64,000 nt of DNA, taken from Spirochaetota bacterium (lineage in GTDB: Bacteria; Spirochaetota; B62-G9; DRHN01). Location: positions 9,172 to 73,171 of the forward strand of contig JAFGTF010000022.1 of the NCBI GenBank assembly GCA_016934265.1, written 5' to 3'. Of the stretch, positions 19,350-30,209 are shown in pieces. The notes under the pieces were generated by a model. It saw nothing but the letters and a program-made list of their open reading frames with translations. It was not told the origin of the DNA and searched no databases. The number at the start of each line of letters is the position of its first letter. Within the stretch, counting starts at the first letter, position 1. Position numbers and translations under genes: made by a program.

Positions 19350-20108
19350 TCAGAACATCGAGGTCAATTCTCTCAAACTCGTTATTATACGGGCCCTGTC
19401 TCTAAAGCCGTCGCCTGCCGGGTTCGGGCCGGGGCCTGTATCGATACTGTAATCCAGGGCGCGGTGATCCGTACCGTTTCTTTCTCTCATGATTACTACC
19501 GGCTTCATGGAAGCGGCAAGGGCGCCGGTAACGTCTTCCTCCGTGTCCCCGACATACGCCACTTCTCTGCCGTTGAGACCTGTTCCCTTGAGCGCTTTGG
19601 AAAATATCGCAGGATCCGGTTTCCTGTATCCGACCTCTGCAGAGACGATGACATTTTTGAACAGGTTGCCGAGCCCATATTCGGAGAGAATCCTGTACAC
19701 ATGGGGAGGGTGGTCGAAATTGCTTATCAGGCACAGGACTTTTCGCGGCTTTAGTGAACGGAGCACAGGGGCTGCTTCCTCGTCTATGCTGACATGCTTC
19801 TGCCAGGCGCACACGACTGTGTCCGCCATGACGCCGATATGCGCCGGTTTCAACTCGACGCCCAGCTCGATACCGAGCGTTTTGATCCGGCGCTCGAAAA
19901 CGGTGAGTCCGTCCTGAAAAGATACGGGTTCCTCCTTACCGAAAAACCGGTCGCAGCGTCGGGAAAATGCATCTATGGAAATGGAAAGGCCTTGTTTTTG
20001 CATGCAGTCATAGAATGTTTCGAGCCAGTCGATCCATGCGGCCTGCATATCTCCGTAGACGAGTAGGGTGCCGTAAAGGTCGAAAAAAATTCCCCGAATG
20101 CTCATCAC
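19350..20108 (-). CDS. HAD superfamily hydrolase (subfamily IA)
   Basis: Motif I 'GIFFDLYGTLL', motif II 'CLISN', motif III/IV 'KPDPAIF...VGDTEEDVTGA'. Confidence 0.7.
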   Translation of the reverse strand: MMSIRGIFFDLYGTLLVYGDMQAAWIDWLETFYDCMQKQGLSISIDAFSRRCDRFFGKEEPVSFQDGLTVFERRIKTLGIELGVELKPAHIGVMADTVVCAWQKHVSIDEEAAPVLRSLKPRKVLCLISNFDHPPHVYRILSEYGLGNLFKNVIVSAEVGYRKPDPAIFSKALKGTGLNGREVAYVGDTEEDVTGALAASMKPVVIMRERNGTDHRALDYSIDTGPGPNPAGDGFRDRARIITSLRELTSMF

Positions 20109-20231
20109 TACCCCCTCTTTTTACTACATGAGCGGGCATTCTTCGTTTATCCGCTTGATTTTTTGATGCGATAGGAACCTGTTATTATTAAAAGTATAAA
20201 AAGTATACGCTTTCCCCTGAAGACCATGCTC

Positions 20232-21116
20232 TCAGCGGCCGCACAGTTCCCTGAAATTGCAGTTTCTGCATATTTCTGTGTTGTCCGTCATAACAAAAAA
20301 CTTTTTCTCTTTTGGATTATTTTCCTCCACGTCAGCGCAGTATTCGTACATTTCGGCTGTCTCGCGTTTTATCGAGGTAAAAAACGCCTGAATGTCGTGA
20401 TCGTCGAACTCGTACTCCTTCTCCTCGTATTCGGGTTTGAGATACGCGATAATCGGGTTTATTTTTTCAGGTTCGATATTGAAATGATATGAAGCCCAGG
20501 AGGTATATCCAAGAAGTTGTTTTTTGTATTTTTCTTCATGCGGCTTGCCGGTCTTCCAGTCGATGATGTAGGTCCGCTTCTCAACCGGAAAAAGAAAGTC
20601 CACCTTAAAGTAAGCCTTCAGACCGTTTATCCTCGATTCGCCGTATCCGGGCGGATCCAGAATCCAATCCTTCTTCGTCGCTATAGCGCTGCCCCTCAAC
20701 CAGGTCATTCGGTCGCTGTTCAGGAAATTGGCAAGACAGAGCGTCACATCGGCCTCTATCCCGGAAATATCTGTTTGGGGAACGTCTTTATAATATACCT
20801 CTCTGAAGACGTTGGTTTTACAGTACCTCTTTAGATTTCTGATGGTATACTCAAAGAACTTTTTCCTGTTGATCGCCCCTTCATCCTTCAGGAGTCTTCC
20901 GATAAGGGTTTTGATCACCTCATGGGTGATTTCCCCCACCGCCAAAGGGACAGAAACCATCGCTTTGAGGGAATTGATCCTTTCAACGGGGTATTGGTTG
21001 TCGTGTTTTGCATAATACGTGTAGTAGTACCGGCGTTTGCAGATCTGAAACAGGTCATACCTTGAAATGGACCACCCGAGTATGGGGGTATACTCGAACT
21101 TTTTTATCCGGTACAT
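20232..21116 (-). CDS. Cas4-like PD-(D/E)XK nuclease with a C-x2-C-x5-C iron-sulfur motif, in a low-GC islet
   Basis: RecB-nuclease motif 'YIIDWKTGK', 'EYE', C-terminal 'CRNCNFRELC'. Local GC is roughly 40-45 %, against ~60 % in the flanks. Confidence 0.7.
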   Translation of the reverse strand: MYRIKKFEYTPILGWSISRYDLFQICKRRYYYTYYAKHDNQYPVERINSLKAMVSVPLAVGEITHEVIKTLIGRLLKDEGAINRKKFFEYTIRNLKRYCKTNVFREVYYKDVPQTDISGIEADVTLCLANFLNSDRMTWLRGSAIATKKDWILDPPGYGESRINGLKAYFKVDFLFPVEKRTYIIDWKTGKPHEEKYKKQLLGYTSWASYHFNIEPEKINPIIAYLKPEYEEKEYEFDDHDIQAFFTSIKRETAEMYEYCADVEENNPKEKKFFVMTDNTEICRNCNFRELCGR

Positions 21117-21359
21117 GGCAATGATCCATTATGACATGAATTCGAAGCGATGTCTTCTTTTTTCCGGCTGATGTCGCGCGATGTATACGGGAGTGCATAC
21201 TTTGTCTTTATCGTGAAAAATATTACATGTCAACGCCCGGCATCGTAGACCCCCAGACTGCGGTGGATTTTACAGAAAATAAATGATAGAATAGAAACAA
21301 TAATCGAACCGGTGTATCGAGAAAGACCGGTTTCATGGAAGCGCTCGAGGAGCGGGATC

Positions 21360-24300
21360 ATGAAATTAAAATTAAGCCAAAAAATATTGGTACTGTACAT
21401 TGCGACCAGTATCGTGATACTGGGAGCAATTTGGATCTTGCTTTCATCAATCCTGAGAAGAGACACGTTCGAGACGTTGCATACGGAGTTTCAGAACCAG
21501 CTCATGCATATCGATTACGCGTTGACTACCTTATTAGAGAATGTCGAACAGGATCTAGAAACGATCTCCCGAAACGAGGCCGTACGCTCGAGAGACGATG
21601 AGGATTTCACCTTCTTCCTCGATGCGGATGAGAGCACTTTTCACTATGAATACGGGGACCTCGAGAAGCGGATAATAACGATTTTCAACAGTTACAGAAC
21701 CACGCATCCGTATGTGAATTCCGTCTATATGGGTCGGGAGAACGGAAGCTTCGTTCGTTCGCATCCGCGTGCGAGGCCGACCGAGTACGATCCAAGAACG
21801 CGTCCGTGGTACGTCATCGGAAAGGAAAGCCATGGAAGGGCCGTGAGAACGCCGCCGTTCCGATCGGTAACCACACCGGACGTAACCGTAGACTATGTGA
21901 AAGCGCTCATTGATTCCGAAGGACAGTGTTACGGTGTCATCGGGATCGGTATCACTCTCAATGAGTTAACCGAATACCTGTCGAACTTCAACCCCGGTTA
22001 CGGCGGCAGGATGTTTCTGGTGGATGAAAAGGGCACGATACTCGTAAATCGGGGCGCCTTTGAGCGGTTTACCCATATCAAGACGTATAATGAACGGCTA
22101 TACCACGACCTCATGGAGAGGAATGAGGGGTATTCCCTGTTCGAGGAGAATTCGGTGCTTTCGTATGCATTCTTTTATACCTCCCCGGCTCTCGGCTGGA
22201 AGATAGCGGCCGTCATTCCTAAAAAGAATATCGAAAGAGCGGATAATGCGGCGGTGTTCAGAGTCTCCCTTGTCTTGTTTTTGGCTCTCGGTCTGCTCAG
22301 CGGCCTCACGCTTTTCGGGGTCGACCGTTTTATCATAAAGCCTATTACACGGCTCGACGAAGGCGCGGACCTCATTACGCGCTCCGGCAATCTCGATCAC
22401 CGTATCATGCTCGATACCGGCGATGAGATAGGACATCTGGCACGGACCTTCAATGGAATGATCGTCTCGATTAAAAAGGCGGAAAAAGAGCTTAAAAAAC
22501 ACCGTGATCATCTCGAGGAGCTCGTTCAGGAGAGGACCAGCGAGCTGAGCAAGTTGACCCAGGCCGTCGAACAGAGTCCCATATCGGTCATGATAACGGA
22601 TAGAGAGGGGAAAATAGAGTATTTCAATCCGCAGTTCATCGCTGAAAGCGGATATTCATCCTCGGATATTATCGGAAAAAGCCCCGAGCTCTTCGTGTCG
22701 GACGAATACGAGAGGTCCTTTTTCGACGAAGTGTGGGATACAACATCCAAAGGCGCTATATGGAGAGGAGAGGTTCTGAACCGGAGGAAGAACAACGAGG
22801 TATACTGGGCGAGCATGTCGGTATCGCCGATCTACAGCGATGATGAAGAGATCACTCATTTCGTCGCCACATACGAAAACATCACGGAGCGAAAGAGGGC
22901 GCAAAAAGAGCTCATCCTCCACGACAGGTTCATGGAAGGAACGGCGGAGGCGGTGACAGAGCTGATCGTGAACAGGGATGTGGGAACCGCAATGCAGAAT
23001 GCAATCAGGATATTCGGCGAAAAGATCGACGTGGACCGGTCGTATATTTATAAGAACCATACAACCGGCGACGGAAGACACGCGATGAGCCAGATATTCC
23101 AGTGGAGTTCCGATTCCGACACCCAGATTATCGACAACCCCGAGCAGCGGAATATTCCGTATGACGGTACCTTTACACGCTGGTACGATACGTTTTCCAA
23201 TCGGGAGCTCATCTCCGGTAGAATAGGCGAATTCCCGAATACGGAACGGGAGGCGCTTGAATCGAGAAGGGTGGAGTCGATGATCGCAGCGCCGATCTTC
23301 GTACGGGACAGTTTATGGGGATTTACCGGTTTCGACAACCTGAAGGAGTCCACAGGCTGGTCGGAAAGCGAGAAGACGATCTTTCTTGCATTCGCCAATA
23401 CTCTCGGTAAGGCGATTACGGGCGCACAGGACGGGATCGAGCTTAAGAAAGCGAAAAAGGCCGCCGAGAAGGCCAATCAGGCCAAGAGCGAGTTTCTCGC
23501 AAACATGAGCCACGAGATACGGACACCGATGAACGCCATCATGGGAATGACCCACCTCGCGCTGCAGACGGAGCTGACGTCGAAGCAGCGGGACTATCTT
23601 TCGAAGATCGATCTTTCGGCGCGTTCTCTTCTCGGGCTTATCAACGACATACTCGATTTTTCCAAGATAGAAGCGGGGAAGATCGAGATCGAGTCGGTGG
23701 ACTTTTATCTCGACGACGTCCTGGACAACCTGACAAGTCTCGTCGAGATGAGAATCGATAAAAAGGATCTCGAGTTCCTCTTCGATATACAGCCCGACGT
23801 TCCCCTGTCCCTCGTCGGCGATCCCCTGCGGCTCGGCCAGGTCCTTTTAAACCTCGCAAGCAACGCAATCAAGTTCACCGAGCGCGGAGAGATTGTGGTT
23901 AAGGTAGCGCTTGTTGAAAAAACGGAAAAAACGGCGACATTGAAATTCTCGGTCAGCGATACAGGCATAGGGCTGAAAGAGGAACAGATGACGATGCTTT
24001 TCAAGCCTTTTTCTCAGGCAGACGGGTCAATCACACGAAAGTACGGGGGCACCGGCCTCGGGCTGACGATATCAAAGCGCCTCGTTCGGATGTTCGACGG
24101 AGAGATAGGGGTCGAAAGCGAATACGGGAAGGGGAGCACGTTTTTCTTTACCGCAAAGTTCGGGCTTCATACAAAGAAGAAACGGCGCAGCGTTCTTTCC
24201 AGGGAGCTTGAGGGTATAAAGGCTCTCGTCGTCGACGATAACAAGACATCTCTGTATGTTTTGAAAGGAACGCTCGAGTCGTTCGGACTCGACGTTTCCC

Positions 24301-25715
24301 TCGCGGAATCCGGTGAAGAAGCGCTCGATGTCATGAGAAACATGCCCCACGAAGAGCCGTTCGATCTTGTGCTCATGGACTGGAATATGCCCGGCATGAA
24401 CGGCGTCGAGGCGTCCATGCTCATCAAACAGGACAGGGGGATTTTTAAAGTTCCCACCATTATCATGGTTACCGCATACGGTCGAGAAGAGGTGCTGCAA
24501 CAGGCGGAAGAAGCGAAGCTCGATCTCTTTTTAACCAAACCGGTAAGCCGGTCTGCGCTTTTCAACCTTATTATGGGGCTGCTCGGCAAAGGGGCTCCTG
24601 AGGCGGTGAGGTCGGTTATTAAAAAGGAGGGTTATATCGAGGCGGTACGGCGGATCAGGGGTGCGAGGATCCTCCTCGCGGAGGACAACGAGATCAATCA
24701 GCAGGTGGCGAAAGAGCTTCTTCAGGGAGTGGGGCTCGAGGTGGCTATCGCACAAAACGGGAACGAGGCGGTCGAGAAAGCGCTGAGCGGCTCGTACGAC
24801 GCGGTGTTGATGGATATCCAGATGCCGGAGATGGACGGGCTCGAGGCAACAAAAAGAATACGATCGAGCGGGAAAAAAGGCGCGGATACGGTACCCATTA
24901 TCGCCATGACCGCCCACGCGATTGAGCAGGACCGTGAAAAGAGCCTCGAGGCGGGAATGAACGATCATATAACGAAACCGATAGATCCGACCGAGTTCTT
25001 CTCTACGCTCGTTCGATGGATTTCTCCCCGGATGATCCGAACAGAAACCTCACCGAAAGAAAAAAAAGCCGCCCCCAAAGAGGAAAACGCGCCGTTTCCC
25101 GTCACCCTGACGGGAATAGACGATCATAAAGGCCTCGCACGGGTCGGGGGCAACGCCGTCGTGTACAAAGACCTCCTTTTGAAGTTTAAAAGGGATTTTT
25201 CCGAAAGCGGACGCAGCATCGAGAATGCAATCGAAGAGGAGGACCTACATACCGCCCGATATTTGGCGCATACGATAAAGGGTGTCGCGGGCAATATCGG
25301 GGCCGAAGGGCTGTATCGTGCCGCATCGACGCTGGATGACGCGCTCAGAGAAAAAAGAGTTGAAAATGGGGACAGAGTGATCGAAAATTATAAGAAAGAA
25401 CTCGATATGGTGGTGCGGTCGATTACTCTTCTCGAATCGACGGGTGACGGGAAGCATCGAGAAGATACGGAATCTAGAGGGAGTGGGAGCCCGAAGATTC
25501 TTCTTGCGATTTTATTGCGACTCGAGCTGCATATCAGAAAAAGCCAGCCGAAAGGGTGCGTGCCGCTCATCGAGGAGATAGAAGCGTTTTTGTGGCCGGA
25601 AGAGTACGTGAAAGATCTACGAAAGCTGGTACGGTATGTTAAAGGGTATAAGTTCGGGGAGGCGCTGGGTGTACTGGAATCGATGAAAGGCAGGCTGGAG
25701 AGGGGGGGCGGATAA
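21360..25715 (+). CDS. hybrid sensor histidine kinase / response regulator (double Cache - HAMP - PAS - GAF - HisKA - HATPase - REC - REC - HPt), 1451 aa
   Basis: TM '[20 protein letters not shown]'; a periplasmic Cache-like region; HAMP; PAS ('[21 protein letters not shown]'); H-box '[17 protein letters not shown]'; G-boxes 'SDTGIGL...[11 protein letters not shown]'; two REC domains ('[12 protein letters not shown]', '[12 protein letters not shown]'); an HPt domain ('[15 protein letters not shown]'). ATG at 21360 with a GAGGAG RBS. Confidence 0.9.
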   Translation: MKLKLSQKILVLYIATSIVILGAIWILLSSILRRDTFETLHTEFQNQLMHIDYALTTLLENVEQDLETISRNEAVRSRDDEDFTFFLDADESTFHYEYGDLEKRIITIFNSYRTTHPYVNSVYMGRENGSFVRSHPRARPTEYDPRTRPWYVIGKESHGRAVRTPPFRSVTTPDVTVDYVKALIDSEGQCYGVIGIGITLNELTEYLSNFNPGYGGRMFLVDEKGTILVNRGAFERFTHIKTYNERLYHDLMERNEGYSLFEENSVLSYAFFYTSPALGWKIAAVIPKKNIERADNAAVFRVSLVLFLALGLLSGLTLFGVDRFIIKPITRLDEGADLITRSGNLDHRIMLDTGDEIGHLARTFNGMIVSIKKAEKELKKHRDHLEELVQERTSELSKLTQAVEQSPISVMITDREGKIEYFNPQFIAESGYSSSDIIGKSPELFVSDEYERSFFDEVWDTTSKGAIWRGEVLNRRKNNEVYWASMSVSPIYSDDEEITHFVATYENITERKRAQKELILHDRFMEGTAEAVTELIVNRDVGTAMQNAIRIFGEKIDVDRSYIYKNHTTGDGRHAMSQIFQWSSDSDTQIIDNPEQRNIPYDGTFTRWYDTFSNRELISGRIGEFPNTEREALESRRVESMIAAPIFVRDSLWGFTGFDNLKESTGWSESEKTIFLAFANTLGKAITGAQDGIELKKAKKAAEKANQAKSEFLANMSHEIRTPMNAIMGMTHLALQTELTSKQRDYLSKIDLSARSLLGLINDILDFSKIEAGKIEIESVDFYLDDVLDNLTSLVEMRIDKKDLEFLFDIQPDVPLSLVGDPLRLGQVLLNLASNAIKFTERGEIVVKVALVEKTEKTATLKFSVSDTGIGLKEEQMTMLFKPFSQADGSITRKYGGTGLGLTISKRLVRMFDGEIGVESEYGKGSTFFFTAKFGLHTKKKRRSVLSRELEGIKALVVDDNKTSLYVLKGTLESFGLDVSLAESGEEALDVMRNMPHEEPFDLVLMDWNMPGMNGVEASMLIKQDRGIFKVPTIIMVTAYGREEVLQQAEEAKLDLFLTKPVSRSALFNLIMGLLGKGAPEAVRSVIKKEGYIEAVRRIRGARILLAEDNEINQQVAKELLQGVGLEVAIAQNGNEAVEKALSGSYDAVLMDIQMPEMDGLEATKRIRSSGKKGADTVPIIAMTAHAIEQDREKSLEAGMNDHITKPIDPTEFFSTLVRWISPRMIRTETSPKEKKAAPKEENAPFPVTLTGIDDHKGLARVGGNAVVYKDLLLKFKRDFSESGRSIENAIEEEDLHTARYLAHTIKGVAGNIGAEGLYRAASTLDDALREKRVENGDRVIENYKKELDMVVRSITLLESTGDGKHREDTESRGSGSPKILLAILLRLELHIRKSQPKGCVPLIEEIEAFLWPEEYVKDLRKLVRYVKGYKFGEALGVLESMKGRLERGGG

Positions 25716-25720
25716 CGGGT

Positions 25721-26821
25721 ATGAAAAAAAAGGCGTCGGTCCTTGTAGTGGATGACAATGAGACCAATATCGACATACTCATGGGAATCCTGGGCGACGA
25801 GTACGAGGTGAGCGTCGCGCTCGACGGAGAACGGGCGCTCGAAGTCGCCGGGGAACAACCGCCTGATATCGTCCTGCTCGACGTCATGATGCCCGGCATG
25901 GACGGCTATGATGTGTGCAGGAGGCTGCAGGAGAAAGAATCCACAAGAAAAATACCGGTGATCTTCGTCACCTCCAGGGGCGAGGTCGAAGACGAGGCAA
26001 TGGGGTTCGAGGCCGGAGGAGTGGACTATATCACCAAGCCGGTGAGCCCGTCTATCGTTCGCGCACGGGTACGAACACATCTCAATCTGAAACGGTACTC
26101 CCAGGAGCTCGAGCATCAGAACGAGGTCTTGAGGGAGAATGCAAGGCTCCAGGAGGAGATCGAGCAGATAAACCGCCACGATTTGAAGAACCCGCTTTCC
26201 GCCATGATATCCATTCCCAGAATGATTATCGAGAGGAACGGGGTAACCGAACGGCAGAAAGACCTCCTGCTGTTGATCGAGGAGGCGGGCTACAGAATGC
26301 TCGATTTGATAAACCGATCTCTCGACATTATAAAGATGGAGCGGGGCATATATCATATAGATCCCGTCCCGGTGAATATGGTGGAGGTGTTCGAGAAGAT
26401 ACTTAGGGAGATCAAGCCGATCACCGACGGCAAGCACATACCGGTCACGCTGTTTCTGCGGGACAAGCCGGTATCAGGCGGCGAATCGTTCCGCATCACC
26501 GGAGAAGAGTTTCTCTTCTATTCCCTGTTTGTGAATCTTTTGAAAAACGCGGTGGAGGCGTCGCCCGACGGTAGGCCCGTAAAGGTATTTTTCGAAGGGG
26601 TGAAACGTCCCGTCGTCAGGGTTACAAACGACGGTGCTATCGCGGAAGAAATTCGAGGGCGTTTTTTCGACAAGTTCTGTACCTACGGCAAGAAAGGCGG
26701 CACCGGTCTCGGCACGTATATCGCGCGGCTGATAACCGAGACCCTCAGCGGCAAAATCGGCTTCGAGACCTCAGAAGAGACGGGTACGACTCTTACGGTA
26801 ACGTTTCCTCCATCCCTCTAA
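25721..26821 (+). CDS. response-regulator receiver fused to a histidine kinase (REC-HisKA-HATPase)
   Basis: REC 'VLVVDDNETNIDIL...VLLDVMMPGMDG'; H-box-like 'RHDLKNPLSAMIS'; ATPase 'GGTGLGTYIARL'. Confidence 0.85.
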   Translation: MKKKASVLVVDDNETNIDILMGILGDEYEVSVALDGERALEVAGEQPPDIVLLDVMMPGMDGYDVCRRLQEKESTRKIPVIFVTSRGEVEDEAMGFEAGGVDYITKPVSPSIVRARVRTHLNLKRYSQELEHQNEVLRENARLQEEIEQINRHDLKNPLSAMISIPRMIIERNGVTERQKDLLLLIEEAGYRMLDLINRSLDIIKMERGIYHIDPVPVNMVEVFEKILREIKPITDGKHIPVTLFLRDKPVSGGESFRITGEEFLFYSLFVNLLKNAVEASPDGRPVKVFFEGVKRPVVRVTNDGAIAEEIRGRFFDKFCTYGKKGGTGLGTYIARLITETLSGKIGFETSEETGTTLTVTFPPSL

Positions 26822-26858
26822 ATTCAGGCAGCGCCGGGATACGAGGTTGTTTCCATAT

Positions 26859-27713
26859 TTAGTATCGTTTCGAGCCATGGCCGTTTTCTGTTTCGCCCAG
26901 CGTCCCTTTTGTACCGATCAGCACAAAAGCGGCTGCAATCCAGGCCAGCCCTGCGGATAACACGGCATCGGAAAAGCTCTCCTTTATTGACATCGACTGA
27001 GCTGAAAGTACGATCGCGCTGAAGGTGATGCTGTAATGGAACAGAAAAATCAGCGGCATGCTCCCCTTCGTCCTGTTATAGACCCACGTCATCAGAATGG
27101 AATACGGCATGAGGAGCAAAGGCCCCACGAGAATAAAATAGGGGATGAATATAATGCCGTAATGGCCTGCCCCGATGTAGTCAGTGGGCAGGTGCCACAT
27201 TCCCCAGAGAAACCCCACGAGCAGTGAAGCGGAAACAGGGCCGAACCGGGATTGCGCTTCGGGCAGGGCCGTTTGGCGCCAGCCGAACTCCTCGCCGAGG
27301 CTTGCGAAGACAGGCCACATGAGCCCGAGGGCGAGGCGGCCCGAAACGCCGTCCAGAGAAAGCGATTTTCCCGCCGCCGCAAAGATCACAAACCGCAGCA
27401 AGTGGAGGCAGGGAACGAGAAGCAGTGAGATGACGTACCAGACGGCTTTGAAGCGCCATAGTATCAGCGAGGAAAGAAGCCGCCCGGCCCCGCCTTTTCC
27501 ATTTATAATGCGAGCACAGATCATGCCGGCCACACTCGGTCCGAAGCCCCCGAGGACGGCAAGCACTAGAAACGAAGGCGAAGGGCCTCCCTCCATAAAA
27601 GACCCCGGTTTGGAAGTTATCACAAGATACGCCCATAAGACCCATGAGATCGCAAACGCGAGCAGGATGTATAATCCGAGGAGGTTTTTCGCTGTCATAT
27701 CATTACGTCCCAT
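26859..27713 (-). CDS. CPBP family intramembrane metalloprotease (CAAX protease/Abi-like)
   Basis: Polytopic membrane protein with 'EEFGWRQ' and 'FLWGMWHLP' CPBP motifs. Confidence 0.7.
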   Translation of the reverse strand: MGRNDMTAKNLLGLYILLAFAISWVLWAYLVITSKPGSFMEGGPSPSFLVLAVLGGFGPSVAGMICARIINGKGGAGRLLSSLILWRFKAVWYVISLLLVPCLHLLRFVIFAAAGKSLSLDGVSGRLALGLMWPVFASLGEEFGWRQTALPEAQSRFGPVSASLLVGFLWGMWHLPTDYIGAGHYGIIFIPYFILVGPLLLMPYSILMTWVYNRTKGSMPLIFLFHYSITFSAIVLSAQSMSIKESFSDAVLSAGLAWIAAAFVLIGTKGTLGETENGHGSKRY

Positions 27714-27940
27714 GAAAGACCCCCTGTCAGGAGATAGTATTTATCGATACGAAATTATAGTGGCGACCGCGGTAAAACACAAGGGTGAAAATCGGGCGGG
27801 GCAGGATCGATCTTATTGTTCTTGAATATGGACCCGGTTCCTGTTTACTTTGATATTATAAAAGTTTTAAAAAGTGTACGTATGTCCCGTTTATGTGGAA
27901 ATTTGTTGCTTTTTATTTCTCCGCCCCCTACCATTTTGCC

Positions 27941-28327
27941 ATGATGCGTCCGGTGATGATAGCCCTCATCCTCTTCATGTTCGCAGGCGTGTTTCCCCTT
28001 GCGGCTGAAGAGACGGCGTACGACGTGCTCGTGACGGAACCGGATAGGGAGGAATCCGCATTAGCACAGGTTATACGGTTCTACCGGGAGCGCATCTCGT
28101 CACACGACGGAGCGAGGTGCCTCTACTACCCGACCTGTTCCGACTTCTATAGGCAGGCGGCGGCACGGTACGGGTTCTTTTGGGGAACGGTTATGATCGT
28201 CGACCGGATGGTATACAGGGAAGACCCTGCATCCATGAGCCGGTACGAGTACCTGGAAGAGCGGGGAAGCTTCAGCGACCCGGTATACCACAACTACATC
28301 TTCGCACCGTCCGATTACTACGAATGA
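27941..28327 (+). CDS. YidD-like haemolytic-domain protein with an N-terminal signal/TM segment
   Basis: 'VIRFYRERISSHDGARCLYYPTCSDFYRQAAARYG' matches the YidD 'CRFxPTCSxY' core. Start at the MM at 27941. Confidence 0.55.
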   Translation: MMRPVMIALILFMFAGVFPLAAEETAYDVLVTEPDREESALAQVIRFYRERISSHDGARCLYYPTCSDFYRQAAARYGFFWGTVMIVDRMVYREDPASMSRYEYLEERGSFSDPVYHNYIFAPSDYYE

Positions 28328-29256
28328 AAAAGAAGCTCATCATTATAGTATTCATCGCGTTCGCCTCATGCGTATGGCAGGCGGTCGCCCAGGAGGCGAG
28401 CGCGCAGATCAACGACGATGATGATCTCGGGTACGGGATTTACCTCTTCGAGCGCGGCAGGTACGGACTCTCGATACTCGAGCTCGAGCGGTATATATAC
28501 CGTCACCCGCAGGACCGCCATACGCCGCACGCCGGGCTTCTGCTCGCGCTCTCCTACGCGAACGAGTCGAAGTACGACGAGGCGCTCTCACTCCTCGGCG
28601 AGCTCGAGCGGGCGGTTTCAGGAAGCCCGTGGGAGGAGCGCTATTCCGGTATCCTGTGCGAGACGGGGTTTCACCGGCTGAGTCTTCTGTTTCGGCTGAA
28701 AAAACCCTTAGAGTTCGACCTGGAGAAGGAGCGCGTCGCGACGATATGCAGGGAGCCCGATGAACACCTGGGTCGCTATACGGACGCGATGACCGTGGCA
28801 CTCGAGATCTACGATATGCAGTGGCAGCAGGCACTGCGCGAGCTTCAAAACTCTCGCTACCTTTCAGAAGGTCTCACCGAAAAGATTGCGGCGGAGCTCG
28901 AGGAGGCGTTAAAACAGCGGGATAAAAGCCCTGTTCTCGGCGGCATATTTTCCATCGTTCCCGGGATGGGGCACCTGTATGCGGGCAGGGCGTGGGACGG
29001 ATTCAAGAGTCTTTTAGTCAACGCGACCTTCATCACGCTGTCCGTGGTGTGCTTCACGAACGACCTGCCGGTTGCCGGCGGGATATTTACCGGGGTCGAG
29101 GGGGTCCTCTATATCGTGAATATCTACGGCGGCGTGAACGCCGTGCTGCAGGAGAACGCCCGGCAGGCGGTGATTCGGCGCGACCGTATGCTCAAGCTTT
29201 TGCCTGCACCGCCTTTGAAGATCATATCGATTACCGAGGAGTTCGAGATCAGATGA
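28324..29256 (+). CDS. secreted/membrane-anchored TPR-like protein, hypothetical
   Basis: ATG at 28324 overlaps the upstream stop (ATGA). Signal peptide 'MKKKLIIIVFIAFASCVWQAVA', helical repeat region, two C-terminal hydrophobic segments. Confidence 0.5.
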   Translation: MKKKLIIIVFIAFASCVWQAVAQEASAQINDDDDLGYGIYLFERGRYGLSILELERYIYRHPQDRHTPHAGLLLALSYANESKYDEALSLLGELERAVSGSPWEERYSGILCETGFHRLSLLFRLKKPLEFDLEKERVATICREPDEHLGRYTDAMTVALEIYDMQWQQALRELQNSRYLSEGLTEKIAAELEEALKQRDKSPVLGGIFSIVPGMGHLYAGRAWDGFKSLLVNATFITLSVVCFTNDLPVAGGIFTGVEGVLYIVNIYGGVNAVLQENARQAVIRRDRMLKLLPAPPLKIISITEEFEIR

Positions 29257-30209
29257 TCGCCCACGACGTGATCACCTTCCTCTGCGCGAAGGAAACTCTC
29301 CCCGAAGTCAGGCTCGAGATAACCCCGTACCGTTACGGGAAGTGGGACAAAAGCATATACAACCCGAAGGCGAAAATAGAAATGCGCGGGGGAAAGAGGC
29401 CGTCCGTAGCCCATGACGACCCGATGATAGACGAGGACCGCTACTATGCCGATTTCGTCACGTACCACTCCCCGAACGGCAATACGACCGACCTGTACGA
29501 GACGATCGCCCTCTACTCTGCGGAGCCTGACTGGGGAATGGATGAAACGATACGGGTTTCGCCGTTCCAGTTTCTCACCGGCGGGAGCCAGGGGTACCGG
29601 CACCTCCGCTTCGCCCTCTTCGGCATCCGTGCCGGGGCGGCGCACAAAAGGGCGATTCACTTTACGAGGCTCGCCGAACGGGCATTCGACGGAGGCGACA
29701 GGTACTGGGGTGTCAGGTTCAGCGCGTGCGCGATCCACTACATCGAGGACCTTCTCACCCCGCTGCACCAGAAGCCGTGCACCGAAGGCTTCTACCTGAG
29801 GGTACTCCTGGCATGGAAGCGGATGGGCGGGATCTTTACCGTTGGGTTCAATTACCACCACTCCTTCGAGCGGTACACCGGCTACCACCTCTGGCACGGG
29901 ACAAAATGGCTCATCGACGCGATACGGCGGGCGAAACGGATCGATATTGGACCCTTGGAGAAAGATCTGAAAGTCTTCTGGAAGAGGGCGAAGAGGCTTA
30001 CCTGCCGGGTCTTCAGGGAGTGGAGGGGATTCTTGAAGGGGAAGATGGAGCACGGTATAAACCTTCTCGGTCCGGAGGAAGTGGCGGTCCTGGATCCGCC
30101 GGACAGCCTGAAGCGCCTTATCGAAGAGTGGCTCGATCTCGCAGCCGGACTGGTAAAAGGGTATCTCGATCGGTTCGTCGCCCCCCGCCTCGAGGAGGGC
30201 CGCCCGTGA
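29253..30209 (+). CDS. zinc-dependent phospholipase C / P1-nuclease family-like protein
   Basis: ATG at 29253 overlaps the upstream stop. 'AIHYIEDLLTPLHQ' and His/Asp-rich helices typical of the Zn-PLC family. Confidence 0.5.
   Translation: MIAHDVITFLCAKETLPEVRLEITPYRYGKWDKSIYNPKAKIEMRGGKRPSVAHDDPMIDEDRYYADFVTYHSPNGNTTDLYETIALYSAEPDWGMDETIRVSPFQFLTGGSQGYRHLRFALFGIRAGAAHKRAIHFTRLAERAFDGGDRYWGVRFSACAIHYIEDLLTPLHQKPCTEGFYLRVLLAWKRMGGIFTVGFNYHHSFERYTGYHLWHGTKWLIDAIRRAKRIDIGPLEKDLKVFWKRAKRLTCRVFREWRGFLKGKMEHGINLLGPEEVAVLDPPDSLKRLIEEWLDLAAGLVKGYLDRFVAPRLEEGRP

Noticed and set aside
25388-26437. 349-aa minus-strand ORF
   Set aside because: It is antisense to the hybrid kinase 3' end and the REC-HK gene, with His/Asp-rich junk translation.
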